Assembly: GCA_041650915.1 (NCBI GenBank)
Contig: JBAZKE010000002.1
Location: 144,638 to 208,637 of the forward strand
Length of the DNA: 64,000 nt
Direction of reading: 5' to 3'
Source of the DNA: Patescibacteria group bacterium
Lineage (GTDB): Bacteria > Patescibacteriota > Patescibacteriia > UBA10025 > JAHIVO01
The notes beneath the pieces were generated by a model. That model did not search any database and was not told the origin of the DNA. It saw only the letters and a program-made list of their open reading frames with translations. Positions within the stretch are counted from its first letter, which is position 1, and the number at the start of each line of letters is the position of its first letter. Shown piece by piece: positions 9,317 through 17,730 of this stretch. A program made the translations under genes and the position numbers.

Positions 9317-11116
9317 TCACTCTGTCGCTTTAAAAATTTCCTCCGGCGTTGTGATGCCCTGAGAAACCTTGAGAATGCCATCCTGCGCCATCGTCAGCAT
9401 GCCGTGCTTTTTTGATATTGCCTGTATTTGGTACTCCGAAACCTGGCCAGTCAAGATGAGTTTCTCAATTTCTTCATTCATGGTTAAAATTTCAAAGATG
9501 CCGATGCGCCCTCGGTACCCGATTTGGCTGCACTCCACACACCCTTTCCCGCGGTAAAACTTGAACGAATCTCTCGTCAGGCTGCCGCGCAGATTCTCTG
9601 GCAGGGCATCGACCAGCTTGCCGACACGCTCCGCAATTTCAGGCGGCGGCGTATACTGCTCTTTGCAGCGCTCGCATATCTTCCGTACGAGCCGCTGCCC
9701 GACAATAACGTTGAGTGCGGGCGCAAGGAGGAAAGGCTTCACGTCCATTGAGAGCAAACGCGGTATCGCACCAGCGGCACTGTTCGTGTGCAGCGTTGAA
9801 AGCATGAGGTGCCCGGTGAGCGCTGCCTGAATTGATATTTCTGCTGTCTCGTGGTCCCGGATCTCGCCGACCATGACGATGTCCGGGTCCTGCCGGAGGA
9901 CGGCCCGGAGGCCGCCTGCATACGTATAGTGCTTCTTGCCGCCGCTCCCGTCCATAATCATCTGCCGGATATCCTTCTGATCGCTCTCAGCCTGCTCATT
10001 CCCCTCAACCTGGCTCTGTGTAATGCCTTTCACCCGGTACTCAATGGGGTTCTCGAGTGTAATTATTTTCGTTTCCGGCTTATTAAGCTTCTTGACAACA
10101 GCGTAGAGCGTAGTCGTCTTGCCCGATCCAGTCGGTCCCGTCGTTAGAATCATGCCGTTCGGCCGGTCAATCTCTTGCTTAATAATGTCGAGGGCGTGCC
10201 CGACGAGGCCAATATCCTCAAGTTCAAGCCCGGTTGCCGACGACATGAGCAGGCGCATGACGATGCTCTCCCCGTAAGCGCTCGGCACGGTTGAAACGCG
10301 GACATCGATGAACTCGTCTGTCAGGTAGACGGTAAACCGCCCGTCCTGGGGGACATCGGTTACGTTGAGCTTGAGCTTGGCGAGCAGCTTGACGCGGCTG
10401 ATAATCTTAGGCCACAGCTTTTTATCAATGATTGCCACGTCATAGAGCACGCCATCAATCCTGAAACGGACCTTGATGTCATCCTGCTCAGTCTCAATAT
10501 GGATATCGGATGCGTTCGCCTTGAGCGCAGACGCTACCACCATGGTAAATAAATCCGAAGTCGATACGCGCTGTATCTGGTCGTTGAGATCGCGAAATGA
10601 TCCAATCTTGCCGCGGTAGTTTTCGAGGTCCTCTCCTGTCAGCTCAATGCCCCCCTTGAATTCCCGGCGCTTCGGCAGCATGGCGTACAGCCTCAGCGCA
10701 GCCTCGAAGCTCCGCTCGGAGATGAGGTACACCTCTGCGCGGGCTTTTGTATCATTTTCAAGGCGCTGACGGAGGGCGTCGATGCCCCCTGCCCGCGGAT
10801 TAACGCTGCCGATTCGTATCTCGGCATCGCCGAAAAAAAAGCAGACGGCTTTCAGCTCGCGGGCCTCCGCTTCCGGTATCAGTACCAAAGCTTCGGGGCT
10901 CACGGGAAAGCCCTTCAAGCTGATGTAGGGAAATCCTTCCTGGGAAGCGCGCTGCTGGGTAACCTGTTCTACTTTTTTTTCTTGTATGTCGTGAATTTTT
11001 GTTTGCAGCTTTTCCTCAACATCATCGGGACTAACCCGTATCCGTGCGCTTGCATCGTGGGACTGCTGGATGAGATCATCAATGCCCCTGTCAGTTTTAC
11101 TCGTCAGGTCATTCAT
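9317..11116 (-). CDS. Type II secretion / type IV pilus assembly ATPase (GspE/PilB family)
   Basis: Walker A GPTGSGKTTTLYA. Asp box and His box region. Tetracysteine CERC...CVEC motif. GspE-type C-terminus ...GRIGIFEIL. Confidence 0.85.
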   Translation of the reverse strand: MNDLTSKTDRGIDDLIQQSHDASARIRVSPDDVEEKLQTKIHDIQEKKVEQVTQQRASQEGFPYISLKGFPVSPEALVLIPEAEARELKAVCFFFGDAEIRIGSVNPRAGGIDALRQRLENDTKARAEVYLISERSFEAALRLYAMLPKRREFKGGIELTGEDLENYRGKIGSFRDLNDQIQRVSTSDLFTMVVASALKANASDIHIETEQDDIKVRFRIDGVLYDVAIIDKKLWPKIISRVKLLAKLKLNVTDVPQDGRFTVYLTDEFIDVRVSTVPSAYGESIVMRLLMSSATGLELEDIGLVGHALDIIKQEIDRPNGMILTTGPTGSGKTTTLYAVVKKLNKPETKIITLENPIEYRVKGITQSQVEGNEQAESDQKDIRQMIMDGSGGKKHYTYAGGLRAVLRQDPDIVMVGEIRDHETAEISIQAALTGHLMLSTLHTNSAAGAIPRLLSMDVKPFLLAPALNVIVGQRLVRKICERCKEQYTPPPEIAERVGKLVDALPENLRGSLTRDSFKFYRGKGCVECSQIGYRGRIGIFEILTMNEEIEKLILTGQVSEYQIQAISKKHGMLTMAQDGILKVSQGITTPEEIFKATE

Positions 11117-11203
11117 AGTTCACAGTATACCAGCTTTTCAGCATGCCGTAAATTAAAAAATTCCCTCCAACCGATGATCGGGCGCTTGCTTCCTTCCTGC
11201 GAG

Positions 11204-12346
11204 CTATTGGTTTTTTATGAATTCCCGGATGGTCGCCAACACCTCGGCTTCGACCTCAAGCAGCTGCCGGCGGTCAAATTTAAACTTGGTGAAATTCCGG
11301 GTTCCGGCGGGCTTATACTCCTTAAACAAGCGGAGGCCGTCAATTGATTTGATCGTATTAACGATGACCCGGATGCTGCCGCTGTTGCTTTCGTAAATGA
11401 GGACGATGATTTCGGCATCGGGCGTATTAACGATGAGTTCGTCTACAACACCTTCGAGCTCCCTCTCTCCAGCGCCCGATTTTTCAAAATCCTGGTTGTT
11501 GAGCAGAGACCAGACCAGCCTCCCGTCGAGGTCGGTTTTGAGGCGGGCGAGCGCGCGGCCCCAGAGCTTGAGCGTGCTGATCGTCTTCGTGCGGTAGAGG
11601 TGTTTGATGATATCGTCACGGCGCGCGCCGTTTTCAATGAGGAGGCTGCTGATCGCCAGTGACCGCGGCGTTACCGTGGTGCTCTGAAAGCTCTTTGTCT
11701 TCGAGATGATTCCGGTGAGGAGGCTTGTCGCGATATATTCGTCCATAGCGCCTCCATTGAGCTGCCTGATGAGCTCAAAAATAATTTCTGATGTCGAGGT
11801 CGCAACGAGATCCACGGAGTTGATTTCACCGAAGTATTCATTCGACGGATTGTGGTCAATGTTGATGAGTGGCGTATGGTAAAAAAATTCAGTATTGTCG
11901 TCGTAAATTTTCCCGAGGGACTCCAGGTTTGGAGAATCTAGGGTAATGATGAGGTCGTACTCATACGCCGATGCGGAAGTTGAAACGTCGCGTGGCTCGA
12001 AAAAGCCATCTTTCGGAGTTACGTATATGTTGAGCTTGCTGTTGTTACTAATATCGTAGCTCAGCTCACGAACCTTCGTGCGTGATAGGTCGAGGGTGAT
12101 GATGAACTTTCTCAAAGCTGACAAGTCTGAATGGATCTCCCCGCTCTTCGGCAAGAACTGGTGGGAGGGAGGGAGGCTGAATTCATTGCACACGACCCTT
12201 ACCTTTTTATTAACTTTTTCGAGCGCCAGAAAAAGCCCCAACCCTGAAGCAACCGCATCGGTTGAAGGATTTTTTGGCAGCACAATAACAATATTGGCGC
12301 TTTTTTTAATTAAATCAATTGACTGTTGTGCTTCCGTCCGTTCCAT
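11204..12346 (-). CDS. DHH-family phosphoesterase (NrnA-like)
   Basis: 380 aa. N-terminal DHH-like region with NIDHNPS and a C-terminal DHHA1-like region. Assignment by overall pattern, moderate. Confidence 0.55.
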   Translation of the reverse strand: MERTEAQQSIDLIKKSANIVIVLPKNPSTDAVASGLGLFLALEKVNKKVRVVCNEFSLPPSHQFLPKSGEIHSDLSALRKFIITLDLSRTKVRELSYDISNNSKLNIYVTPKDGFFEPRDVSTSASAYEYDLIITLDSPNLESLGKIYDDNTEFFYHTPLINIDHNPSNEYFGEINSVDLVATSTSEIIFELIRQLNGGAMDEYIATSLLTGIISKTKSFQSTTVTPRSLAISSLLIENGARRDDIIKHLYRTKTISTLKLWGRALARLKTDLDGRLVWSLLNNQDFEKSGAGERELEGVVDELIVNTPDAEIIVLIYESNSGSIRVIVNTIKSIDGLRLFKEYKPAGTRNFTKFKFDRRQLLEVEAEVLATIREFIKNQ

Positions 12347-12455
12347 ACCCGTACCGTATCACACGGGTGATCTCAAAATTTAATAGGTTAGTATACTGTA
12401 CGCCGATCCTGCTGTCAAGTTTGGCACCATCAGCAATTTTAAGTACAATGCAAGT

Positions 12456-12899
12456 ATGAAAAAAAATACCTCCTCTGAAAAAGAAACAGAATTATTTGGG
12501 CTTGCCTTAGCCAAAAAAACTCATGGAGGCGCCATATTCGCCCTAACGGGTGACCTCGGTGCCGGCAAAACGTGCTTTGCGAGAGGCTTTGCGCGCGGTC
12601 TCGGCATCACGTCTGCAATCCAGAGCCCAACGTTTATCCTCATGAAAGTGTACCCTGTCCATGCCAGAAGCGCAAAAAAATTCTGCCACGTGGACCTTTA
12701 CCGGCTTAAGCACACTGGCGATGTGATAGACATCGGCCTCGGGGAACACTTAGGAAAACGCGACACCATTACGATCATCGAGTGGGCAGATAAAATCAGT
12801 GCGATGCTCGCGCCTTATCCGCGTACCGAAATCCGCTTCTCGCTCGCTGGCCAGCACACGAGGACGCTCATTATTACAGAAAAGAGCGGCAGAGAATAG
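12456..12899 (+). CDS. tsaE: tRNA threonylcarbamoyladenosine biosynthesis protein TsaE
   Basis: GDLGAGKTCFARGFARGLGI ... SPTFILMKVY. Walker A and the SPTF motif characteristic of YjeE/TsaE. Confidence 0.85.
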   Translation: MKKNTSSEKETELFGLALAKKTHGGAIFALTGDLGAGKTCFARGFARGLGITSAIQSPTFILMKVYPVHARSAKKFCHVDLYRLKHTGDVIDIGLGEHLGKRDTITIIEWADKISAMLAPYPRTEIRFSLAGQHTRTLIITEKSGRE

Positions 12900-12928
12900 C
12901 CGCCCATGCCAAGCACGCTGGCCGGGTT

Positions 12929-13213
12929 CTACGTTGCAGGGACCGCCCGCTTCAGCGGCACTTTTTTTTGGTCCTGAACGCGGACAGTGCCGTCTTCGAT
13001 AACCATCCTCTCATTCGTGATGGAGACAACTTGTTCGCTGTTCACGAGCAACTCGCGCTGCAGTATCCCCCTGATGATATCTCCCGGCCGCACGTGGTAC
13101 CGTACGATGCGCTGCAGCTCCGGATCAACTTCAAAGTCAGCAACCTTGCCGACGTGGTCATCAGACTGCGTATATACCGGAAGCCCTATGATCGTATCTT
13201 TTGAGAGAATCAT
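12929..13213 (-). CDS. PRC-barrel domain protein
   Basis: 94 aa, GLPVYTQSDDHVGKVADFEVD ... pattern typical of a PRC barrel. 4-nt overlap with the yidC stop. Confidence 0.55.
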   Translation of the reverse strand: MILSKDTIIGLPVYTQSDDHVGKVADFEVDPELQRIVRYHVRPGDIIRGILQRELLVNSEQVVSITNERMVIEDGTVRVQDQKKVPLKRAVPAT

Positions 13214-13989
13214 TTCGATATGACAGCGGGAGTTTCACCGTCCGCCGGACTATCCTTTTTCATAACATACCACTGCTGCGCCACCATGAAAAGAGTTGAA
13301 ACGAGCCAATACAGCGTGAGTCCCGCAGGGAATTGAATCCCGAAGAAAACTGTAATGATAGGCATAAAATACAGCATCTGCTTGTTGAGGTTCGCAGCCA
13401 TACCCTCGTCCTTCGCCCCCGGAACCCTTGGGGGCTTTTTTGCCTGAATCATCTTTGCCTGCCAAAACTGCGCTGCCCCCGCGAGAATCGCGAAAATAAA
13501 ATTGCCCTTCTGCGATAGGTCAAAAATTCCTAAAAAAGTCGGGTCAATCGCCTGGGACGTAAAAATATCGCGGAGCGGAGCGTACAGGTGTTCAAGATTT
13601 TCCGCGATCAGTATCCCTGTTGTCGGATCAGTTTGCGCAACGGAAAAAAACACGCGATACAGGGCAATGAGTATCGGCAGCTGGAGCAGGAGCGGAAGGC
13701 AGGAAGAAAAAGGATTTACCTTATTTTCTTTATAAAATTTCATGAGCTGCCTGCCAAGCTCCTCCTTATCATTTTTATACTTCTCCTGGATCGCCTTCAT
13801 CTTTGGCTGAGTCTGTTGCAAATTTTTCTGGGCGCGGATCGACGAACGGGAGGGGATATAGAGCAGGAGTTTAATGAGTACGGTAATAATGATGATGGAA
13901 ACGCCGAGGCTCGGAATGTAATTATAGATATACAGCAACCCATTGAACAGAGGTTCAAATAGAACGAGATAGTAGAGATCAACAATCAT
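13210..13989 (-). CDS. yidC: Membrane protein insertase YidC (short, Gram-positive/CPR type)
   Basis: Multi-TM protein with conserved YidC/Oxa1 core motifs (KMKAIQEKYKNDKEELGRQLMKFYKENKVNPFSSCLP..LLQLPILIALY). Synteny with yidD-rnpA-rpmH. Confidence 0.85.
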   Translation of the reverse strand: MIVDLYYLVLFEPLFNGLLYIYNYIPSLGVSIIIITVLIKLLLYIPSRSSIRAQKNLQQTQPKMKAIQEKYKNDKEELGRQLMKFYKENKVNPFSSCLPLLLQLPILIALYRVFFSVAQTDPTTGILIAENLEHLYAPLRDIFTSQAIDPTFLGIFDLSQKGNFIFAILAGAAQFWQAKMIQAKKPPRVPGAKDEGMAANLNKQMLYFMPIITVFFGIQFPAGLTLYWLVSTLFMVAQQWYVMKKDSPADGETPAVISK

Positions 13990-14001
13990 ACAACGTAATC
14001 G

Positions 14002-14256
14002 TTAAGAAATGGGGTCGTATCCCCCTCGGTTAAACGGATTGCACCGGATGATGCGCCTGATGCCCTTCCAGCTCCCCCGGAAAACACCGAAGCGCTCAAT
14101 GGCTCGGTACGAATACTCCGAACAGGTTGGATGAAAACGGCAGAACCCATAGGGGTGCCGTGCAGAATAAAACCCATGATCTGGCGAGAGCGTTCCCTGG
14201 TACAACCGTATGAGCCGGAGGGCAACGCCGCGGACTACTGCAGCTGTTCGTTTCAT
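14002..14256 (-). CDS. yidD: Membrane protein insertion efficiency factor YidD
   Basis: [19 protein letters not shown] ... [12 protein letters not shown] hallmark motifs. 84 aa. Confidence 0.85.
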   Translation of the reverse strand: MKRTAAVVRGVALRLIRLYQGTLSPDHGFYSARHPYGFCRFHPTCSEYSYRAIERFGVFRGSWKGIRRIIRCNPFNRGGYDPIS

Positions 14257-14594
14257 AAGAGTACCCGTGCTTTTTTTAAAACCTGGACTACTTCATGCTC
14301 CATATTTTCTGAGGACAGCCCAACCAGTGGAGTGCGGGCGATAAAAACCACATCGAGCCCGCTGCGGACGCTATCGACGTACTTTCCGGCAGCCACACGG
14401 AGCTGTCGCTTGATCCGGTTCCGTACGGTAGCCCGCTTGCTGACCTTCGTGCTTATACTGAAGCCAAACCGCGTTGCGGCATTTCTGCTCCTTAGTACCT
14501 TTACGACTATCCCACGCCCGTGAACGGTGCTGCCTGCCGCATGAACGCGCCGCCAGTCCTCAGTGCTCGATAACCGGTGGATGCGGGGCAGCAT
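14253..14594 (-). CDS. rnpA: Ribonuclease P protein component
   Basis: [27 protein letters not shown] ... RNRIKRQLR. The RnpA basic motif. Sits between rpmH and yidD. Confidence 0.85.
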   Translation of the reverse strand: MLPRIHRLSSTEDWRRVHAAGSTVHGRGIVVKVLRSRNAATRFGFSISTKVSKRATVRNRIKRQLRVAAGKYVDSVRSGLDVVFIARTPLVGLSSENMEHEVVQVLKKARVLL

Positions 14595-14596
14595 TG

Positions 14597-14734
14597 CTAC
14601 AATGAAAGTTTTTTTCTTCCCCGGGCCCTGCGCCGCTTCAGTATCCGCTTACCCCCGGTCGTCCGAGAACGCTTTCTAAAGCCATGCGTCTTTTTTCGGT
14701 ACCGTTTCTTTGGCTGGAGAGTTCTCTTCGGCAT
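14597..14734 (-). CDS. rpmH: 50S ribosomal protein L34
   Basis: Hand-translated 45-codon ORF absent from the ORF track (below its length cutoff): [45 protein letters not shown]. Its stop abuts the rnpA start. Canonical rpmH-rnpA arrangement. Confidence 0.85.
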   Translation of the reverse strand: MPKRTLQPKKRYRKKTHGFRKRSRTTGGKRILKRRRARGRKKLSL

Positions 14735-14915
14735 AAGGATTTTTATTGGAGAATAATTGAGTGCCTAGAGTATAGCAACAAACAAACACCCGGTCAACGA
14801 ATTTTTTCTGTCCGCATGCTATGAACATCTTATACACATAATATGTACCTCTACGGTATATGTTCGCCCGTGCCTTTGTGGTAGGATTACTAGTACCAAT
14901 TTTTTAACCAATTCC
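14735..14915. promoter_or_regulatory. Candidate oriC / dnaA promoter region (rpmH-dnaA divergent intergenic)
   Basis: AT-rich divergent intergenic region between rpmH and dnaA, containing one near-consensus DnaA box TTATACACA and AT-rich tracts. A strand switch of the flanking genes occurs here. Confidence 0.4.
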
Positions 14916-16286
14916 ATGGACACTGAACAGCTGTGGAGTGCGGCACTTGGAGAACTTGAGCTAGCACTCAGCAAAGCAAACTTCACAACGTGGTTTAAGA
15001 ATACCTTCATCCTATCCCACGAAGACACGAAGGTTGTTATTGGCGTTCCAAATGCATTTACAAAAACGTGGCTCGAAAATAAATACCACCATAAAGTGCT
15101 CGAAGCGCTGCAGCACGCCACGCAGGGAAAAGTTGCCGAGGTAAGCTATCGGGTCGAATCAAAACAACGGGCTGCGGAAACGCACCGTGCCACCGCCGGG
15201 CCGGCAGAACCAGTTGTAATACCGTCCAAAAAAATGGAATCGGCTCCCCCGAAAAACGGATTTGGGCTGAACGCCCGCTATGTATTCAGCACGTTCGTCG
15301 TCGGAAAAAGCAATGAGCTCGCCCACGCAGCCTGCCAGGCAGTCGCGCAGCGCCCGGGCGAAGTATACAACCCGCTCTTCCTCTACGGCGGCGCCGGGCT
15401 TGGGAAAACCCACCTCCTCCAGGCAATCGCGCACGAGGCGCTCAAGAAGACGCCGGGGAAAAAGGTGATCTATACGACGTGTGAAAAATTTACCAATGAA
15501 TTTATACGGGCAATCAGCCAGGGTGGCAGTGAAAAATTTAAAGACTCATACCGAACTGCTGACATTCTGCTGATCGACGACATCCAGTTCCTCGCGGGAA
15601 AGGAAGGCACGCAGGAGGAATTTTTCCACACCTTCAATACGCTGCACCAGCAGAACAAGCAAATTGTCCTCAGCTCAGACCGCCCGCCGAAAGCGATTCC
15701 TGCACTCGAAAACAGGCTCGTCTCACGGTTCGAGTGGGGGATGATCGCCGATATTGCCCAGCCTGACTACGAAACGCGAATGGCAATTCTCCGTGCAAAA
15801 TGCAAAGAAAAAAAATACTCCCTGCCGCAAGAAATCATTACCCTCATCGCAAATAAAGTGCAAAGTAACGTGCGTGAACTCGAGGGAGCGCTCAACCGCA
15901 TCATCGCATTCCACGAACTCAACAGCGCGGCGCCGACCGCCGATTCAGTCAAGGCAATGCTCTCCAGTATTTCGAGCCAGCAGAAACGGGAGGGCGCAAT
16001 CACCGTTAAACAAATTATCAATACCGTTGCCGATTTTTTCGACATTACCATCGACAATCTGGTTGGCAGCAGCAGAAAAAAAGAACTGGTCGTGCCCCGC
16101 CAGATTACCATGTACCTCATGCGTGAAGAAGCAAAATGCTCTTACCCGACGATAGGGCATGAGCTCGGGGGGCGAGACCACACGACCGCCATGCATGCGT
16201 ATGAAAAAATCAAAAACCTGCTCGAGGAAGATGAAAAGATACGGCAAGACATTAATCTTATCCGGCAGCGGCTGTATAACAAGTAG
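14916..16286 (+). CDS. dnaA: Chromosomal replication initiator protein DnaA
   Basis: AAA+ Walker A GGAGLGKTHLLQAIAHE, Walker B LLIDDIQFL, sensor motifs, and a C-terminal DnaA-box-binding HTH (VPRQITMYLMRE...). 456 aa. Confidence 0.95.
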   Translation: MDTEQLWSAALGELELALSKANFTTWFKNTFILSHEDTKVVIGVPNAFTKTWLENKYHHKVLEALQHATQGKVAEVSYRVESKQRAAETHRATAGPAEPVVIPSKKMESAPPKNGFGLNARYVFSTFVVGKSNELAHAACQAVAQRPGEVYNPLFLYGGAGLGKTHLLQAIAHEALKKTPGKKVIYTTCEKFTNEFIRAISQGGSEKFKDSYRTADILLIDDIQFLAGKEGTQEEFFHTFNTLHQQNKQIVLSSDRPPKAIPALENRLVSRFEWGMIADIAQPDYETRMAILRAKCKEKKYSLPQEIITLIANKVQSNVRELEGALNRIIAFHELNSAAPTADSVKAMLSSISSQQKREGAITVKQIINTVADFFDITIDNLVGSSRKKELVVPRQITMYLMREEAKCSYPTIGHELGGRDHTTAMHAYEKIKNLLEEDEKIRQDINLIRQRLYNK

Positions 16287-16557
16287 CTTGTGTGTTGATA
16301 ATTGATATGGGACCGCTGTACAATGTGTGGACGCGTAAAGCACATATCAACAGCCCCTCCTGCCCCTGTAATAAACCACCCACAATCGGCGCCCAACACA
16401 TACACCGCCCATCACCCCACACCACACACACAGTAAAAAAAATTAAAACTTTTACCCCAACAAGAGCAGCCCTCAATCAACCCTCACGGCAACCTATACA
16501 CTTTTCCACTCCTCTACTATTACTACTACTCTTCTTTAAAAAAATATTATTACTACT
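16287..16557. promoter_or_regulatory. dnaA-dnaN intergenic spacer, strongly C+A-skewed, candidate second oriC module / DUE
   Basis: 270 nt with almost no G on the top strand. Contains a (CA)n-like tract ccacaccacacacaca and degenerate DnaA-box-like words (TGTGGACG, CTATACAC). The end is AT-rich. Confidence 0.3.
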
Positions 16558-17664
16558 ATGAAGGTAATTTGTACACAAGAAAATTTATCCAAAGGGTTGC
16601 AGCTTGTAAGCCACGTCGCGAGCAAGAATGTTTCCCTCCCGATTTTAAGTAACGTACTTCTCCGGGCCGAACGTGGAGGGCTCACCCTCCAAACCACAAA
16701 CCTCGAGCTTGGAGTGACGTGCGTTGTCCGCGGGAAGGTTGAACAAGAGGGCTCTTTTACCGTTCAGGGAAAAACACTTAACGACTACATTAATCTGCTT
16801 CCGAATGAAAATGTAACACTCGAGCTGGCGGAACAAAATTTAAAAATCGGGTGCCGAGATTCAAAAACGGTTATGAAAGGGGTTGATGCTACTGAATTTC
16901 CGCTTATTCCTGAAGTTGAAGCAAAATATACGCACGGAATTGATGCGCAAATTCTCAAAGAGGCGTTGGACTCTGTTGCGTTCGCAGTCGCTTTTGATGA
17001 GACGAGGCCTGAAATCAGCGGCATTTACTTTGATTTCAGTAAAAATACCCTCACGGTTGTGGCAACGGACAGTTACCGTCTGGCGGAGAAAAAAGTTGAA
17101 GTTAAAAATACCAGCGGCATTGATGCTTATCACATCATCGTGCCAATCAAGACGGTGCAAGAGCTCATTCGCGTGCTCGGTGAAGAATCTGGGCCTGTTG
17201 AGATCCAGAGTAACGAGAACCAGGTTCGCTTCTCGCTGAACGGCGTGAATTTAACATCACGGGTGATTGAGGGGCAGTATCCTGATTATGAGCAGATTAT
17301 TCCACGCGAACACCAGACGCAGGCAACGGTTGGCACGAGAGAATTTACCAATACCATTAGGCGGGCGAGCCTTTTCTGCAAGCCCGGCGGGAATGACATT
17401 GTACTCGCTTTTTCACCAGCCAAGTCGGAGATACTCGTATCAGCCACCAACCTGCAGGTCGGGGAGAGTGAGGCGCGGCAGGAGGCGTCGATAAAGGGCG
17501 GGGAGAACAGCATTATCTTTAATTATCGGTTTTTACTCGACGGGCTGCAGAACATTAAAAGTAGCGAGGTAATACTTGAGCTCAACACGAACGCAACACC
17601 AGGGTTGCTTAAGCCGAAATCTGGCGGAGACTATACCTATATCATTATGCCGATCAAGCAGTAG
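16558..17664 (+). CDS. dnaN: DNA polymerase III subunit beta (sliding clamp)
   Basis: N-terminus MKVICTQENLSKGLQLVSHVASKNVSLPILSNVLL typical of DnaN. 368 aa. Lies downstream of dnaA. Confidence 0.9.
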   Translation: MKVICTQENLSKGLQLVSHVASKNVSLPILSNVLLRAERGGLTLQTTNLELGVTCVVRGKVEQEGSFTVQGKTLNDYINLLPNENVTLELAEQNLKIGCRDSKTVMKGVDATEFPLIPEVEAKYTHGIDAQILKEALDSVAFAVAFDETRPEISGIYFDFSKNTLTVVATDSYRLAEKKVEVKNTSGIDAYHIIVPIKTVQELIRVLGEESGPVEIQSNENQVRFSLNGVNLTSRVIEGQYPDYEQIIPREHQTQATVGTREFTNTIRRASLFCKPGGNDIVLAFSPAKSEILVSATNLQVGESEARQEASIKGGENSIIFNYRFLLDGLQNIKSSEVILELNTNATPGLLKPKSGGDYTYIIMPIKQ

Positions 17665-17685
17665 AAGAATAGTACGAACCATATA

Positions 17686-17712
17686 CAACAGGCCCCTCAC
17701 GGGGCCTGTTGT
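17686..17712. terminator. Bidirectional intrinsic terminator hairpin
   Basis: CAACAGGCCCC-tcac-GGGGCCTGTTG perfect 11-bp stem between convergent dnaN (+) and the PBP gene (-). Confidence 0.6.
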
Positions 17713-17730
17713 TAGTGGTTGGGGCGCAAT

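Noticed and set aside
16292-16561. ORF 16292..16561 (+) in the dnaA-dnaN spacer
   Set aside because: It is a translation of a C+A-rich low-complexity tract (PSPHTTHT... LLLLLFF). It has no start context and is implausible as a protein.
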